A DNA stretch of 64,000 bases, taken from a virus. Taxonomy: Duplodnaviria > Heunggongvirae > Uroviricota > Caudoviricetes. Under the pieces are notes generated by a model. That model was given only the letters and a program-made list of their open reading frames with translations, ran no database searches and was not told the DNA's origin. Position numbers and translations under genes: made by a program. The stretch covers positions 49,354-113,353 of the IMG/VR virus record IMGVR_UViG_2627854282_000001; one strand, 5' to 3'. Within the stretch, counting starts at the first letter, position 1, and each line of letters begins with the position of its first letter. This document shows, piece after piece, positions 43,880 to 52,191 of the stretch.

Positions 43880-44117
43880 GCTCTCGAGAAACGGACAAGC
43901 GAACGCCTGGCAGCAGCAGCCTGACCATTCCAGTGAGAGGATCCTTCATGTGTGTTCAAGGGCGGACACCCGCCCTGCCTGGCTGATCAAGGCGCAGAGC
44001 GGCCGCGTCGACGACCGCAACGTCCCGGTTCACCAGATTGCAGTTCATGCGATAGCCAACGCACGCATCGCAGGCAGCCAGATCGGCGCCACGACCCATG
44101 CCCGTCGCATGGAATAG
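43880..44117 (+). CDS. hypothetical protein (79 aa), uncertain
   Basis: ATG with a perfect GAAAGGA SD. It overlaps an alternative minus-strand ORF (43956..44192, TTG start) that has an HTH-like VSAELFHATGMGRGADLAA; only one of the two is likely real. Confidence 0.25.
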
Positions 44118-44205
44118 TTCGGCGCTCACGAAGCGCCTCCAACGAGAAAGCGCGCGGCGGCCTGACGGCCCAAGCGCGTTTTTCGTCTCCAAGCCCAGAG
44201 CACGC

Positions 44206-44436
44206 TCATGCGCCGACCTCGGCGTCCGGTTCCTTGCCGTAGATATCCGGCCGCAGGAGATGGCGGGAGATGCCGGTGATCTGCTCGAGCACCAGCACGC
44301 GATCGGGCGGTGCCTTCTTCCACTGCGAAATGGCCTGGGATGTGATTTCGATGCCCTTATCGGCGAATGCTTTCGAGAGGTCGGTCGCTCCGCCGGCCTT
44401 CTGTTTCGCTGCGTCGAGGGCTTCTTGCATTGTCAT
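44206..44436 (-). CDS. Cro/YdaS-like HTH regulator (76 aa)
   Basis: ITSQAISQWKKAPPDRVLVLEQITGISRHLLRPDIYG is the YdaS/Cro-type HTH. Divergent from the CI-like gene, with operators between. Confidence 0.65.
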   Translation of the reverse strand: MTMQEALDAAKQKAGGATDLSKAFADKGIEITSQAISQWKKAPPDRVLVLEQITGISRHLLRPDIYGKEPDAEVGA

Positions 44437-44443
44437 GCCGGAT

Positions 44444-44501
44444 TGAAAGCATATCTTTCATCCGTTTGCAAGCACCTCTGTCGAAGAAAGAATCGCTTTC
44501 A
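44444..44501. promoter_or_regulatory. two TGAAAG-N5-CTTTCA operator palindromes in the cro/cI intergenic region
   Basis: TGAAAGCATATCTTTCA (44444-44460) and AGAAAGAATCGCTTTCA (44485-44501) lie between the divergent starts at 44436 and 44508. Confidence 0.5.
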
Positions 44502-44507
44502 AATGTT

Positions 44508-44882
44508 ATGAGTGAGGCGATGACAAAACAGCCACGAAAGCCAACCGCCGCTGCCATCGAGCTCGGCAAGCGGATCCGCCAGCTGCGGGTCGAGATCCTT
44601 GAGATGGAAAGTCAGCAGGCGTTCGCCGATCTTCTCGGGGTGACGCGCGGCGCCGTCGGCAATTGGGAACTAGGACAGGGAATAAAGTTCGAAAACGTCC
44701 AGCTTATCGCGCTGAAAACCGACTGCTCGCTGGAATGGTTGACGCTCAACCGCGGCGTGCCATATCCGGTCCGAGGCATCGACCATGACATCAGCCAGCT
44801 GCCGCAAGAGGACCAGGACGACCTCATTCCAGACATCAAGGCCATGGTGAACCGGCGGCTCGAGAAATACAAAAACCGATAA
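44508..44882 (+). CDS. XRE-family HTH repressor (CI-like; alternative start 44520)
   Basis: IRQLRVEILEMESQQAFADLLGVTRGAVGNWELGQG is an XRE HTH; C-terminal domain about 60 aa. Confidence 0.65.
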   Translation: MSEAMTKQPRKPTAAAIELGKRIRQLRVEILEMESQQAFADLLGVTRGAVGNWELGQGIKFENVQLIALKTDCSLEWLTLNRGVPYPVRGIDHDISQLPQEDQDDLIPDIKAMVNRRLEKYKNR

Positions 44883-44891
44883 TCTCGCTCG

Positions 44892-45155
44892 TCAGGAACG
44901 CTTTCGCCGCCCCTTCACCAGCACTGCCACCACATCGGCCATCGCCGTTACCAGGATCTTCTGATCTTCATGGCTCAGCGTCCTCATAAGCGGCCGCAAC
45001 GTCTTTGCGATCTCAAAAGCTGAATCAGGATCGGCGAAGGTGAATTCCAGCCTGTCGATGATCTCGCGATTCAAACTGTTATCGCCGCGCGCCGATTGAA
45101 GCTGATCCTTCAGGCGCGCCGGCAGTCGCAGATGAAAACTTGGCGGTTCGGACAT
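44892..45155 (-). CDS. Arc/MetJ-type ribbon-helix-helix repressor (87 aa)
   Basis: FHLRLPARLKDQLQSARGDNSLNREIIDRLE matches the Arc/Mnt RHH family. Confidence 0.6.
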   Translation of the reverse strand: MSEPPSFHLRLPARLKDQLQSARGDNSLNREIIDRLEFTFADPDSAFEIAKTLRPLMRTLSHEDQKILVTAMADVVAVLVKGRRKRS

Positions 45156-45303
45156 TGTCCGACTTATGGCCGAAACAGGCTGGTCCTGAAATGGTTCCAG
45201 TTTCTGCAGAACAGCCGCTTTCCGGTACTATGTATCCCCGTTATCCACAGGCATATGTTACATGTTGAAATATTCTGTTAATCGAACCCCAATAGTTGTA
45301 ACC

Positions 45304-45318
45304 GTACCAAAACGGTAC
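45304..45318. promoter_or_regulatory. GTACC-AAAAC-GGTAC palindrome in an AT-rich promoter region
   Basis: Perfect 5+5 inverted repeat upstream of the 45365 gene and divergent from the Arc-like gene; a further GGTAC at 45224-45228. Confidence 0.3.
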
Positions 45319-45364
45319 ATCGGAAGTTACGCGATGTGACCAGGGGTGTGGGAGGAAATAACAA

Positions 45365-45817
45365 ATGCATGAATGGGAACTGCCCATTTGGGCAGCCTGG
45401 GCGGGGGAAAAAACTTTTCGCGAAACAAGCCGACGCGAGCACATTGAATTCCAGAACATGAATATTAGCCGAGATGGATATAGCGCGAGGTTCGATGTCA
45501 TGTTTGCCAACGAGAGAAATTCGGTCGCCGTTCCTTTGCACGAGATCGATGCCTTGATCAGCCAATTGCAGCAGGCCGCCAAGGAGATGCGGAGCAAGCA
45601 GAGAATTCATCGGCGAGGAGGGATCGACCCGTTGCGGGAGCTTTTCGATACTGCCCTCGACCCCGTGAAGAACGAGGTGTTTGTGCACCCGAGAGGCGAT
45701 GTCGTCTTTCTGCACCGGTTTGACGGGCATGCCCCCGTCGCCATCAAGATGAAGCCGACCGACATCAAGATCCTCCGAGCAAAGACCAATGCGGTCCTGG
45801 CGAGGCTGGCGAACTGA
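45365..45817 (+). CDS. hypothetical protein in low-GC island (150 aa)
   Basis: Lower-GC coding region with AGGAAATAACAAATG start context. Confidence 0.5.
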   Translation: MHEWELPIWAAWAGEKTFRETSRREHIEFQNMNISRDGYSARFDVMFANERNSVAVPLHEIDALISQLQQAAKEMRSKQRIHRRGGIDPLRELFDTALDPVKNEVFVHPRGDVVFLHRFDGHAPVAIKMKPTDIKILRAKTNAVLARLAN

Positions 45818-46264
45818 GCACCAGGCATGGCTAGGTCATTTAGATGGTCCTGCACACACGACAGCGGGACCATCCACTCCTGCGGCCTTGGCGCCGCCAA
45901 GCATGCGTAGAACCGATATACCCCAAGCTAGTTTTGCTATCGCAGACCCTACTGCGCTGCACCTGGCATCCAAGTGATTCGGTCGAATCGGAACGCGCCA
46001 GAGAACTAGGTGTGATTGGTGCTTGGGTTATTCCTCGAGTTGCCAGCTCATTGATGAGGACGGGCCATCAACCCCGTCTGGTTCTGTCCCGTACTATGGG
46101 CCCGGGCGGCCGTTTGGGCATTCATCAACCGAGGTGATCGGCGCCGCGGGTCAATGCTCAAACAAGACCGCTGCTTTTGGGTGCCAGATCGCAAGATGTT
46201 GGCGGGAGCCTCCGAGTCAGACCCAATATCTTGCGATTTTCTTCCCGAAAGCGTCGCCAGCAGA

Positions 46265-46293
46265 TTGCGTTCCAGCATGGTTATGGCTATATA
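46265..46293 (+). promoter_or_regulatory. sigma70-like promoter (TTGCGT-N17-TATATA)
   Basis: -35 TTGCGT at 46265-46270, a 17-nt spacer and -10 TATATA at 46288-46293. No ORF downstream before a strong terminator. Confidence 0.35.
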
Positions 46294-46298
46294 AAGGG

Positions 46299-46379
46299 CT
46301 GGAGCTTTCACGAGCTTTTTCTTTTGCATAGCGCGCTGCTTTCACCCCGGCCGGATCACCCCGCCGGGGTTTCTTTTTG
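46299..46379 (+). ncRNA. candidate ~80-nt sRNA (promoter-to-terminator unit)
   Basis: Predicted start about 7 nt after the -10, ending at an intrinsic terminator; no credible ORF. Located 200 nt upstream of the ProQ/FinO-family gene. Confidence 0.35.
46345..46379 (+). terminator. rho-independent terminator
   Basis: CCCCGGC-CGGATCACCCC-GCCGGGG hairpin followed by TTTCTTTTTGT. Confidence 0.55.
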
Positions 46380-46413
46380 TCCCCCATGAATCAGCCGCGG
46401 TCAATATTTTTGT

Positions 46414-46461
46414 GAAAGGAATGCTTTCCGACGCTTGCGCATGTGTGAAAGATATGCTTTC
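46414..46461. promoter_or_regulatory. two more GAAAG-N5-CTTTC operator copies upstream of the ProQ-like gene
   Basis: GAAAGGAATGCTTTC (46414-46428) and GAAAGATATGCTTTC (46447-46461), each preceded by TGT. Same palindrome as in the cro/cI intergenic region. Confidence 0.45.
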
Positions 46462-46583
46462 AATGTCCGTGTTCATCGGATGGAAGTCCCTCAGTCTGTA
46501 GGAGGCGCCGCCCGTGAAGGTGTGAAACGGAACGCGACAAGGACGGGCGCAAATGCCCGTCCGGCTCGCCCCGGGGGAAAGAC

Positions 46584-46976
46584 ATGCCGATAAGCCTTTA
46601 TCTCTCTAAGGTCGCCGAAACCCGCGAGGTTCTGGCCGAGAGATTCCCGTCCACATTTATGCGGAAGGGCGAGAAGAACAAGCTGCCGCTGATGATCGGC
46701 ATCACCGACAATGTCATCGCCGCTCTTCCGGAACTTGATCCCGAGCTCATCCAGGCAGCGATACGCGACTATTGCTCCGGCCCGAAATACGCCCGAGCGA
46801 TGAAGGTCGGAGCGCAGCGCGTCGATCTCGAGGGGCGGCCGGCCGGGACGGTAAGCGCCGATGCCCACGAGCGTGCTCTGCGGCTTGAAGAGAAGCGGCG
46901 CAGGGCAGCGAGAGAATTGCAGGCGAGACGCGTCGCCACCAAGGCGCAGCGCAGAGCTGAGGGGGCTTTTCCATGA
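46584..46976 (+). CDS. ProQ/FinO-family RNA-binding protein (130 aa)
   Basis: LAERFPSTFMRKGEKNKLPLMIGITDNVIAALPELDPELIQAAIRDYCSGPKYARAMKVGAQRVDLEGRPAGTVSADAHERA aligns closely by eye with the ProQ N-terminal FinO domain. Confidence 0.8.
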   Translation: MPISLYLSKVAETREVLAERFPSTFMRKGEKNKLPLMIGITDNVIAALPELDPELIQAAIRDYCSGPKYARAMKVGAQRVDLEGRPAGTVSADAHERALRLEEKRRRAARELQARRVATKAQRRAEGAFP

Positions 46977-47152
46977 GCAATCCCCTTGCCAGCCATTCGT
47001 TGAGGGTGCTTGCCCTTTGGGCCGATATGCGCGTGATCTCCAGCGCGCGATATGTCGAAGAGCGCGACCGCCGCTTGGCGGAAGAGGTCGAGCATTCGCT
47101 GGAGACGATTTTCCCGCTTGAGCCGCAGCCGGCGGCGCCGGTGTCGCCATGA
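46973..47152 (+). CDS. small hypothetical protein (59 aa), speculative
   Basis: ATG overlapping the ProQ-like gene stop (ATGA). Below the ORF-track size cut-off. Confidence 0.25.
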   Translation: MSNPLASHSLRVLALWADMRVISSARYVEERDRRLAEEVEHSLETIFPLEPQPAAPVSP

Positions 47153-47301
47153 TACCGCAGGTGATTGTGATAATCGGCGGCGTCTACCTTGTGTCCTCCG
47201 GTATCACCGACCGCAGCGTCCTCTGGGGTGCCGGTCCGACGGTGGTCGGGATCGGCTGCCTATATGTCGGGGTTGCCTCGATCATGGGATGGCTGGCATG
47301 A
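47149..47301 (+). CDS. small membrane peptide (50 aa), speculative
   Basis: MIPQVIVIIGGVYLVSSGITDRSVLWGAGPTVVGIGCLYVGVASIMGWLA has two hydrophobic segments and coupled overlaps on both sides. Confidence 0.3.
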   Translation: MIPQVIVIIGGVYLVSSGITDRSVLWGAGPTVVGIGCLYVGVASIMGWLA

Positions 47302-47495
47302 GAAGATCGGAACAGCAGGCCGCGCGCGACCGCGTGCTCGACGCGCTCACCACCATCCAGATGTTCGATACGGATCCCGCTTTCAGGGAGATCGCGAAAC
47401 GCCGCTACCTGGAGATGATGGCGGCGGCGGCCAGCCGCCGCTCCGACGGCGGTGCCGACATCGTCATGACGCACACTGCGATCGCGGGGCAATGA
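47298..47495 (+). CDS. hypothetical protein (65 aa)
   Basis: ATG overlapping the upstream stop (MRRSEQQAARDRVLDALTTIQMFDTDPAFREIAKRRYLEMM...). Confidence 0.35.
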   Translation: MRRSEQQAARDRVLDALTTIQMFDTDPAFREIAKRRYLEMMAAAASRRSDGGADIVMTHTAIAGQ

Positions 47496-47629
47496 TGTTC
47501 GCGACCGCAATCTACGACGCCGTCAATCGGGAATGGACTATCGAGATGTACGGCCGACGCATCTGCTGCGCCGCCGATGAAGCCACAGCGCGCGCCACGG
47601 CGCGCGCATTGAGCGAGCTGCGGGCATGA
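47492..47629 (+). CDS. hypothetical protein (45 aa), speculative
   Basis: Coupled ATG; MMFATAIYDAVNREWTIEMYGRRICCAADEATARATARALSELRA. Confidence 0.25.
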   Translation: MMFATAIYDAVNREWTIEMYGRRICCAADEATARATARALSELRA

Positions 47630-47826
47630 GCACGTTGTTCCTTTTCGCCGGTGCGGTCTTGATGTTCGGTTGCGTCGGCCGCCGATTGTACCTCGAAATG
47701 ACCGGCAGCTGGTCACCATTTGAATCGCATGTGATTGCATCATGGATCGCCTTCATCGGCGCGATCCTCTTCGTAATCGGCATCCTCCTGGGCGCTGCGC
47801 CGGTGACGACTTTCACCCACAACTGA
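47626..47826 (+). CDS. small membrane protein (66 aa)
   Basis: Two predicted transmembrane helices (LFLFAGAVLMFGCVG; IASWIAFIGAILFVIGILLGAAPV). Confidence 0.4.
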   Translation: MSTLFLFAGAVLMFGCVGRRLYLEMTGSWSPFESHVIASWIAFIGAILFVIGILLGAAPVTTFTHN

Positions 47827-47850
47827 AACGCCATCCTCAAGGCCACCAAC

Positions 47851-49173
47851 ATGTCCGACAAGGTCTACCGCATCGTCCGAATGGAATCGGAGAACATCAA
47901 GAAACTGAAGGCGGTTGCGATCGAGCCGGAAGGCAATGTGATTGAGATCACTGGCGACAACGACCAGGGCAAGACCAGCTTGCTCGATTCCATCTACTGG
48001 GCGCTTGGCGGCGTCGGTGCCATCCAGGATGACCCCATACGGGAAGGTGCCGACAAGGCGCGCATTTATCTCGACATCGGTCCGTACAAGATCACGCGCC
48101 GTATGACGCGGACTGAGGATGGCTTCAACCCGACCCTGATTGTCGAGAATGAGGAGGGCGCAAAATACTCATCGCCGCAAAAGATGCTCGACGCCATCCT
48201 CGGCGAGCTCACTTTTGACCCGCTGGAGTTCGTCCGCAAGAAGCCGAAGGAGCAGTTCGACACGCTGAAGGCGTTTGTCACCGGCTTCGACTTCGAGGAA
48301 TCCGCGGCGCAGCGCAAGAAGATCTTCGAAGAGCGCACCGTCGTCGGCCGCCGCGCCGCCGAGCTCGAGGCCCAGGCGAAGGGGATCGAGGTTCCGGCCG
48401 ACACTCCGGACGAACTCGTCGACGAGAAAGCACTTGTGGCTGAAATGCAGGCCGCCGCCGAGCACAATTCCACAGTCGAGCGGCACAAAGCAGCTCGCGA
48501 GGCGGTCCGGCAGAACATCGCCGCGATGGAGCAGGCGAACAGGGACCGCGAGAGCCAGAAGATCGAATTGCTGAGGCAGATCGATTTTCTGGAGGAACGA
48601 AGCAAGGAGACCTTCAGGAACATCCAAGCCGAGCAGGTCAAACTCATCAACGCTGAGCCCCTCCCCGAACCGATCGATCCGTCGACCATCAGTGCGAAGA
48701 TCGATGCCGCGCGCCAGACCAACGCGTTCGTCGCCAGGAAGCATCAGCGCGCCGAGCTCGATCGTCTGGCAAAGGAGCGCCAAGCCGAGGTGAAGAAACT
48801 CACTGACGCCATTGAAGTGATCGACAAGGCGAAAGCCGATGCCATCGCAGCGGCGAAGATGCCGGTTGAAGGCATCGGCTTTGGCGATGACGTCGTGTTG
48901 CTCAACGGTCATCCGCTCGAACAAGCCAGCGGCGCTCAGCAGCTGCGCGCATCGATCGCGCTGACCATGGCGGCAAATCCGAAGCTTCGCATCATGCTGG
49001 TGCGCGACGGCGCCCTGCTCGGGACCGCCGCGATGAAGATGATTGCCGAAATGGCCGACGAACACGATTTCCAGGTCTGGATCGAGACTGTCGAGTCGTC
49101 GCGGCCCGGTGCCATCGTTATCGAAGACGGGCGCATCCGCGGCGCGCAGCCGGCGGCGGAGGCCGCGGAATGA
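47851..49173 (+). CDS. SMC/SbcC/RecN-like recombination ATPase (440 aa)
   Basis: N-terminal Walker A ITGDNDQGKTSLLDSI, a long coiled coil, and C-terminal signature/D-loop LRASIALTMA...IMLVRDG. Confidence 0.7.
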   Translation: MSDKVYRIVRMESENIKKLKAVAIEPEGNVIEITGDNDQGKTSLLDSIYWALGGVGAIQDDPIREGADKARIYLDIGPYKITRRMTRTEDGFNPTLIVENEEGAKYSSPQKMLDAILGELTFDPLEFVRKKPKEQFDTLKAFVTGFDFEESAAQRKKIFEERTVVGRRAAELEAQAKGIEVPADTPDELVDEKALVAEMQAAAEHNSTVERHKAAREAVRQNIAAMEQANRDRESQKIELLRQIDFLEERSKETFRNIQAEQVKLINAEPLPEPIDPSTISAKIDAARQTNAFVARKHQRAELDRLAKERQAEVKKLTDAIEVIDKAKADAIAAAKMPVEGIGFGDDVVLLNGHPLEQASGAQQLRASIALTMAANPKLRIMLVRDGALLGTAAMKMIAEMADEHDFQVWIETVESSRPGAIVIEDGRIRGAQPAAEAAE

Positions 49174-50225
49174 CTGAAGCTGTCCGCCACGACCCTGGAA
49201 TCTATTTCGGTATGAGCGATACCGAGTATCACGCCGATGACGCGCTCGGTTCCTCGCGCATCAAGGCGATCGCCGTCGACCCCTATGAGGCGCAGTTCGA
49301 TCACCTCTACGGCGAGGACAAGGACACCGACGCTATGATCTTCGGCAGCGCGCTCCATGCCCGCATGCTCGAGGGCCGCGCCGCCTTGGAGGCGAAGTTC
49401 TGCAAGGAATTCGACAAATCGTCGATCCCGGAGGGCGCCCTCGACACCGTGGCCGACATCCGGGCGTGGCTCGACAAATACGATCAGCGCGGCATCAGCG
49501 CGAAGAACAAGGCCGACCTCATCAAGATCGTACAGCAGATCGATCCCGACCAGCCGATCGTCGAGGTGATCAAGGCGAAGTGGGAGAAGGACAACGAGGG
49601 GAAGATTGCGCTGAAGCCTAAGCGCTGGGCCCAGATCGATATCGCCGCCCGCTGGGTGCAGCGCGATCCCCTGCTCTCCGCCGTCATGACCGACGGCACC
49701 TTCAACGCCGGCGCTCCAGAAGTCTCGATCTTCTACGAGGACCGCGGTGTCCGCCTCAAGGCACGGTTCGACCGGCTGCTCCGGCACGCCATCGTCGACG
49801 TGAAGAGCTTCGCGCCAATGTTCCCGGGGCCGATCGAGACCACGGCGGTCAAGACGATTGACCGCATGCGCTACGACATCCAGGCGGCCGACTACTTCCG
49901 AGCGTGGGGGCACGCGAAGGAACTGCACAAAGCCGGCCTGGTATTCGGCGAGGAGCCGCACCCGGGGTTCCTCGCCGAAGCCTTCGACCGCGATGAGCCG
50001 AAATGGATCTGGATCATGGTCAAGACCAAGGGGGCGCCGCAGCCGCTCGTCATCGACTGGCAGGCGAAGTTTGCCAAGGCTGCAGCCGCCGAGCGGGTGG
50101 AACGCGCCATCGACGAATACATCCGCCTTCGCGACGAGCATGGCGAAGACCAAGAATGGCCGCCGATGCGGCCGGCCATGACCCTGGAAGACCAAGACCT
50201 CCCCTCATTCTTTGGGCGCAGCTGA
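49170..50225 (+). CDS. PD-(D/E)xK-superfamily phage exonuclease (351 aa)
   Basis: FGSALHARMLEG, then D...IVDVKS (D/E-x-K core), typical of YqaJ/RecE-like phage exonucleases; adjacent to an SSAP-like gene. Confidence 0.7.
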   Translation: MTEAVRHDPGIYFGMSDTEYHADDALGSSRIKAIAVDPYEAQFDHLYGEDKDTDAMIFGSALHARMLEGRAALEAKFCKEFDKSSIPEGALDTVADIRAWLDKYDQRGISAKNKADLIKIVQQIDPDQPIVEVIKAKWEKDNEGKIALKPKRWAQIDIAARWVQRDPLLSAVMTDGTFNAGAPEVSIFYEDRGVRLKARFDRLLRHAIVDVKSFAPMFPGPIETTAVKTIDRMRYDIQAADYFRAWGHAKELHKAGLVFGEEPHPGFLAEAFDRDEPKWIWIMVKTKGAPQPLVIDWQAKFAKAAAAERVERAIDEYIRLRDEHGEDQEWPPMRPAMTLEDQDLPSFFGRS

Positions 50226-50227
50226 CA

Positions 50228-51337
50228 ATGGCGAATGAACTGACCACCACCTCTCCCGGCGCCACCGACTTGGTCGACGTCGAGCTTTTCTCGCAGGCAA
50301 ACGTCTTCGATACGGAGCGGTTTGAGCAAATCATGCGGGTGGCCGACGTGATGGCACGCGCCACGACGATCCCGGAAGCGTTGAAGAGCAAGAATAGCAA
50401 TCCTCAGGAGAAGTTCGAAGAGACGCGCGGCAACTGCTTCATGGTTTGCAATCTCTCTGCGACATGGGGAGCTGACCCGTTCGCCGTGGCGCAGTCAATT
50501 TCATTCGTCTTCGGGAAGCTCTGTGTCGAGGGCAAGCTGATCCGCGCAGTCATCAAGAAGAAGCTCGGATTCGATCTTCATTATCGGTTCGACGGCGCGC
50601 CTGGGAACATGGAGCGCAAGGTGCTCGTCAGCGATCTTCCTTTCGTCGACGAGAAGGGGCAGCCGGTGCCAGACGATGCCCCCGGCGCCGTGCTGAGCCC
50701 GAAGGCCAGGTCGGTCGAGGGGACACTCAAGAAGTGGCATTCGAAGAACAAGGAAGGTGGTGTCAACGACAATTGGCTGAAGGACGAGGAAAAGATGTTC
50801 CGCGAGCGCGGCGCGCGGGAATGGTGCCGCGCGTGGACTCCCGGTCTTCTGCTCGGCGTCTACAGCCCCGACGAGTTCGACGAGGTCGAATACACCATGC
50901 GCTCGAACAGGGCGCGCGACATAACCATCAATCCGCTGGTGGATGACGGCGGCCGTCAGTCCCAGGAGCCGGCGAGCAAGAGCAGCGATCAGCATCAGGA
51001 ACAGAGATCATCGGGCGCTTCCCAATCCCAAGCCCCCCGCACCGAGGTGCCCGATGAGAAGGCCGGCAGCCAAGAGAGCCACCCTCAGCGGCTGCCGGCC
51101 GAAATTTTTGGCAAGTATGCCAGCGCGCTCGGCCGCATGGCGACGGCGAACAATGTCCGCAAGGCGCATGAGAGCTTCTGGTCCGATTACGGGAAGCCCG
51201 CCGAGGGAACCGCGGATCACGCGCTCGCCGGCAAGATCCTGAACCTTCACAACCTTCGTGTCGAAGGCAAAGCCGAGGGCAACATCGTCGACGAGATCGA
51301 CGGGCTGATCGCGGAAAGCTTCGGAGAGAAAGCCTGA
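50228..51337 (+). CDS. RecT-like single-strand annealing protein (369 aa), tentative
   Basis: Position between the exonuclease and the replication genes, plus RecT-like core NCFMVCNLSATWGADPFAVAQSISFVFGKLCVEGKLIRAVI. Disordered Q/S-rich C-terminal region. Confidence 0.5.
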   Translation: MANELTTTSPGATDLVDVELFSQANVFDTERFEQIMRVADVMARATTIPEALKSKNSNPQEKFEETRGNCFMVCNLSATWGADPFAVAQSISFVFGKLCVEGKLIRAVIKKKLGFDLHYRFDGAPGNMERKVLVSDLPFVDEKGQPVPDDAPGAVLSPKARSVEGTLKKWHSKNKEGGVNDNWLKDEEKMFRERGAREWCRAWTPGLLLGVYSPDEFDEVEYTMRSNRARDITINPLVDDGGRQSQEPASKSSDQHQEQRSSGASQSQAPRTEVPDEKAGSQESHPQRLPAEIFGKYASALGRMATANNVRKAHESFWSDYGKPAEGTADHALAGKILNLHNLRVEGKAEGNIVDEIDGLIAESFGEKA

Positions 51338-52191
51338 TGCCAAGAATCCGCGTCATCGACCTGGAGACCGACGACGATGCCATCGTCGAGATCGGATACA
51401 CCGACCTCGTCGCCACTGGCACCGATCTGCTCGGCGATCCCACGCTTTGGGAAGTCGAGGAAGGTCTCAGCTTCCTGGTCAATCCAGGCCGGCCGATTTC
51501 GCCGGACAGCTCCGGCGTCCACAACATCACCGATGACGACGTCGCCGGCGCCGGCTCCTGGACGGAGGCCGCCGAGCTCGTCTTCCACGACAACCTTGCG
51601 CCGGACATCGTCGCCTTCGCCGCACACTCCGTCGAGCACGAGCAGAATATGATCGACCCGGTATGGACCGAGGGGAAGCCGTGGGTCTGCACGTTCAAGG
51701 GCGCCGTCAGGCTCTGGCCCGAGGCACCATCGCACAGCAACAACGCGCTGCGCTACTTCCGGCGGCCGGCCGGGCTCGACCGGCGGCTCGCCCAGCCGAT
51801 CCACCGCGCGAAGCCGGACTCCTACATCACCGCGTTCACGCTTCGCGATCTCCTCGATGAGGCATCGCTGGCCGACCTCGTCAAATGGACCGGCGAACCA
51901 GCGCTGCTGCCGCGCTGCAAGATCGGCGACTACCGCAATGGCGGCAAGGGCACGCCCTGGGCGGACGTCGAAACCAGCATGCTGGAATGGATCATCCGCA
52001 AGATGTCGGGCGATCCGTCGCGCGAGAACGACGTCCACACCGCCCGCCATCACCTCGAGCAGCGCGAGATCGACCAGCGGCTCGAATACGAGCGGATCGA
52101 ACACGAGCGGCAGCTCAGGGAAAACGGCATGGCCGAACCCGCCGGCAATCCCCTCGTCGACCACGCCAACCAGGAGTCGCTTTCTCTATGA
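51337..52191 (+). CDS. DnaQ-like DEDDh 3-prime-5-prime exonuclease (284 aa)
   Basis: Exo I IRVIDLETDD, Exo II AHSVEHEQNMI, Exo III HRAKPDSYITA. Confidence 0.75.
   Translation: MPRIRVIDLETDDDAIVEIGYTDLVATGTDLLGDPTLWEVEEGLSFLVNPGRPISPDSSGVHNITDDDVAGAGSWTEAAELVFHDNLAPDIVAFAAHSVEHEQNMIDPVWTEGKPWVCTFKGAVRLWPEAPSHSNNALRYFRRPAGLDRRLAQPIHRAKPDSYITAFTLRDLLDEASLADLVKWTGEPALLPRCKIGDYRNGGKGTPWADVETSMLEWIIRKMSGDPSRENDVHTARHHLEQREIDQRLEYERIEHERQLRENGMAEPAGNPLVDHANQESLSL

Noticed and set aside
43956-44192. 78-aa minus-strand ORF downstream of the Cro-like gene with an HTH-like segment
   Set aside because: Not listed as a feature: TTG start without an SD, and it overlaps a plus-strand ORF with a perfect SD and ATG. 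Kept as an alternative, since it could be a cII-like gene.
46491-47150. 219-aa minus-strand ORF across the ProQ-like gene
   Set aside because: Antisense to a gene with a very clear ProQ/FinO signature.
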